Assembly (NCBI GenBank): GCA_024234615.1
Contig: JACKNY010000001.1
Coordinates: 774,334-838,333, forward strand
Length of the DNA: 64,000 bases
Direction: 5' to 3'
Source: Pseudomonadales bacterium
GTDB lineage: Bacteria > Pseudomonadota > Gammaproteobacteria > Pseudomonadales > IMCC2047
The notes below the pieces were generated by a model. That model saw only the letters and a program-made list of their open reading frames with translations. It had not been told where the DNA came from and did not search any database. This document shows positions 61,670-64,000 of the stretch, piece after piece. Position numbers and translations under genes: made by a program. The stretch's first letter is position 1; each line of letters opens with the position of its first letter.

Positions 61670-63319
61670 ATGATTGATTTTCAAACCAACCCGGAAAAAT
61701 ATAAACATTGGAAATTATCGTTTGACGGCCCAGTCGCTCATCTAACGATGGATGTTGATGCGTCACAGACCCTATTTGAGGGTTATGAGTTAAAGCTAAA
61801 CTCATACGATTTGGGTGTAGATATTGAGCTTTATGATGCGGTACAGCGACTGCGTTTTGAGCATCCTGAAGTACGTGCGGTGGTAATGGATTCAGGTAAA
61901 GAGAAAGTTTTCTGCGCTGGCGCGAATATTCGTATGTTGGGTGGTGCTGCGCATGCCCACAAGGTGAACTTCTGTAAGTTTACCAATGAAACGCGTAACT
62001 CGATCGAAGATGCCAGTGAAAACTCTAAACAACGCTATCTTTGTGCGGTGCGAGGAACAGCGGCCGGTGGTGGCTATGAGCTCGCGCTCGCGACGGATTA
62101 CATTATGATGGCGGATGACGGATATTCAGCCGTTTCCCTGCCAGAGGTGCCTTTGTTGGCGGTGTTGCCTGGTACCGGAGGCCTGACACGATTGGTGGAT
62201 AAGCGCAAAGTGCGTCGGGATCTGGCAGATGTTTTCTGTACCGTGGAAGAGGGAGTACGAGGGCAGCGTGCGGTTGATTGGCGCTTGGTTGATGAAGTGC
62301 TACCTGGCTCGAAGTTTAATGATGCGGTACAAGCAAGAGCGCTGGAAATTGCGAGCACCTCTGATCGCCCAGAGAACGCAAAGGGTGTTTCATTGCCGCC
62401 ACTGCAGCGTGAGATTGGTGAAAATACGATAGCTTATAATAATCTGACGGTGGAGTTTGATCGTGCCAATAGAGTCGCAACTATCACTCTGCTAGGGCCG
62501 AAAACTGCAGTGCCAGCAAGCTTAGATGAGGCGGTAGCACAAGGTGCTGATTTCTGGTGGTTGGCTTTATGTCGGGATTTGGATGAAGCGATTTTACATC
62601 TGCGGATCAACGAATTAGAAGTCGGCACACTAATTTTTAAAACCCAAGGCGATGCTGATGCGGTTGAAGCATACGACCAGTTTTTAGCGGAGCACCGGAG
62701 TAATTGGCTGATGCGAGAGGTTTCTCTGTACTGGCGTCGTACGCTAAAGCGTATCGACCTGACCTCCAGAACGCTATTTGCGATGATTGAACCCGGTAGT
62801 TGTTTTGTTGGCGTGCTTGCTGAACTACTGTTTTCTGTCGATCGTACTTACATGCTAGAAGGGCAGTTCGATAATGATGACCGAGCCGCTCCCGCAATAC
62901 GTTTAACGCAGGCTAATTTCGGCCCCTATCCTATGTCTAATGGAATTACCCGGCTACAAACACGCTTCCTGGGTGAGCCCGAGTCGGTTGATGTGGCAAA
63001 GGCAGAGATTGGCCGAGATTTAGATTCTGACGCCGCTCAAGAATTAGGATTGATTACCTACAGCATGGATGCCATCGATTGGGATGACGAAACGCGTATG
63101 CTGATTGAAGAGCGCGCAAGCTTTTCGCCAGATTGCTTGACCGGTATGGAAGCAAACTTACGTTTTGCTGGTCCAGAAACCATGGAAACCAAAATTTTTG
63201 GCCGCCTGACTGCCTGGCAAAACTGGATATTTCAGCGTCCTAATGCGGTGGGTCAAACCGGCGCGTTACAGCTTTATGGCACTGGTGGCCGTCCTGAATA
63301 TGATCTGAAAAGAGTTTAA
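61670..63319 (+). CDS. boxC: Benzoyl-CoA-dihydrodiol lyase (2,3-epoxybenzoyl-CoA dihydrolase; crotonase superfamily)
   Basis: 549 aa from ATG 61670 (AAAGGGGA SD); two enoyl-CoA hydratase-like halves (FCAGANIRMLGG, GGGYELALATD); followed by boxB. Confidence 0.85.
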   Translation: MIDFQTNPEKYKHWKLSFDGPVAHLTMDVDASQTLFEGYELKLNSYDLGVDIELYDAVQRLRFEHPEVRAVVMDSGKEKVFCAGANIRMLGGAAHAHKVNFCKFTNETRNSIEDASENSKQRYLCAVRGTAAGGGYELALATDYIMMADDGYSAVSLPEVPLLAVLPGTGGLTRLVDKRKVRRDLADVFCTVEEGVRGQRAVDWRLVDEVLPGSKFNDAVQARALEIASTSDRPENAKGVSLPPLQREIGENTIAYNNLTVEFDRANRVATITLLGPKTAVPASLDEAVAQGADFWWLALCRDLDEAILHLRINELEVGTLIFKTQGDADAVEAYDQFLAEHRSNWLMREVSLYWRRTLKRIDLTSRTLFAMIEPGSCFVGVLAELLFSVDRTYMLEGQFDNDDRAAPAIRLTQANFGPYPMSNGITRLQTRFLGEPESVDVAKAEIGRDLDSDAAQELGLITYSMDAIDWDDETRMLIEERASFSPDCLTGMEANLRFAGPETMETKIFGRLTAWQNWIFQRPNAVGQTGALQLYGTGGRPEYDLKRV

Positions 63320-63334
63320 TAAGGGGATTTTGCA

Positions 63335-64000
63335 ATGACTGAACAAACAAGTAACGACGCAATTGTTGAAGTTAACTACGACGAACTGATTCCAAATAAC
63401 GTTGATCTGGCCAGTGACGCACGGTTAAAAAAAGCATTGGAAAGTTGGCAGCCAAAATATATCGATTGGTGGAATGAGGCGGGTCCTGAGCATACCCAGA
63501 ATTTTGAAGTTTATTTGCGCACTGCGGTGGGCGTTGACCCAAAAGGGTGGGCGAAGTTTGGCCATGTGAAAATGCCGGAATACCGCTGGGGTATTTTATT
63601 GGCACCTAAGGAAGAAGGGCGCACCATTCCCTTTGGTAAGCACAAGGGCGAGCCAGTGTGGCAGGAAGTTCCAGGTGAATACCGTTCGTTACTGCGTCGT
63701 CTGATTGTGGTGCAGGGAGATACCGAACCTGCTTCAGTAGAGCAGCAGCGCTACCTAAGCAAAACGGCACCTTCTTTATATGATATGCGAAATCTGTTTC
63801 AGGTAAACGTGGAAGAAGGCCGTCACCTTTGGGCAATGGTTTATCTACTGGTTAAATATTTTGGCCGCGATGGCCGGGAAGAGGCGGAAGGTTTACTGGA
63901 ACGTCGTTCTGCAGATGCCGACCGACCGCGAATTCTAGGTGCATTTAATGAGGAGACTCCTGATTGGTTGTCCTTCTTTATGTTTACCTACTTTACGGAT
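63335..64000 (+). CDS. boxB: Benzoyl-CoA oxygenase/epoxidase component B, N-terminal 222 codons (continues beyond right edge)
   Basis: Not in ORF track because it has no stop in the window; ATG 63335 after AAGGGGA; MTEQTSNDAIVEVNYDELIPNNVDLASDARLKKALESWQPKYIDWW... and di-iron-type EEGRHLW region match BoxB. Confidence 0.85.
   Translation, partial: MTEQTSNDAIVEVNYDELIPNNVDLASDARLKKALESWQPKYIDWWNEAGPEHTQNFEVYLRTAVGVDPKGWAKFGHVKMPEYRWGILLAPKEEGRTIPFGKHKGEPVWQEVPGEYRSLLRRLIVVQGDTEPASVEQQRYLSKTAPSLYDMRNLFQVNVEEGRHLWAMVYLLVKYFGRDGREEAEGLLERRSADADRPRILGAFNEETPDWLSFFMFTYFTD

Noticed and set aside
63372-63836. Two minus-strand ORFs (77 and 76 aa) at the right end of the window.
   Set aside because: They are antisense to a clear BoxB N-terminal coding sequence (63335 onward) that is missing from the ORF track only because it has no stop codon within the window.
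1-64000. Window-wide look for defence, toxin-antitoxin, secretion, phage or integrase modules that could represent a novel system.
   Set aside because: Every ORF over about 100 aa outside the IS is accounted for by a recognisable housekeeping or metabolic family. There is no reverse transcriptase, no orphan nuclease/helicase/ATPase pair, no integrase and no phage genes. Claiming a new multi-gene system would not be supported by this sequence.

Overview
This window is a mostly core chromosomal segment of a gammaproteobacterium. The Pseudomonas/Oceanospirillales-like gene order is gyrA-pheA-tyrA/aroA-cmk-rpsA-ihfB-lapAB-pyrF, with many yci-family genes nearby; the species cannot be determined from the sequence. 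Coding density is high, and I can assign about 65 protein genes and 2 tRNAs.

Content from left to right:
- Arginine genes argF-argD and argG, plus grxD, a 2-Cys peroxiredoxin, rnt, pyrC, a MotY-like protein, gloA and pntAB.
- An eight-gene B12 uptake and salvage operon, btuB-cobO-cobQ-cobU-cobT-cobC-cobS-btuF, behind a clear cobalamin riboswitch.
- trpH/yciO/trpS, scpAB, rluB, tpx, a pair of hotdog-fold genes, a GGDEF cyclase, and mtaD-ubiG-HAD phosphatase-yciK.
- The gyrA-to-pyrF block, comEA, and sugar-nucleotide and polysaccharide genes (pgi, manC, wbpM-like, galU, UDP-GlcA epimerase-like).
- tRNA-Asn, uvrB and tRNA-Val.

The only clearly accessory part starts right after tRNA-Val. It holds an intact ISL3-family IS with inverted repeats and an 8-bp target duplication. 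After it comes the start of an aerobic benzoyl-CoA (box) cluster: a BoxR/BzdR-type regulator, an uncharacterised cupin-like gene, a thioesterase, boxC and partial boxB.

I see no CRISPR array, no recognisable defence, toxin or secretion module, and no convincing new multi-gene system. The most unusual items are:
- A terminator-like hairpin preceded by an Arg-codon-rich 16-codon leader ORF immediately upstream of argD-argF.
- The tRNA-Val/ISL3/box junction, which carries a 40-bp IS relic.
- The uncharacterised cupin-like gene apparently co-transcribed with the box regulator.

All function calls rest on motif and family recognition by eye. No database search was run.
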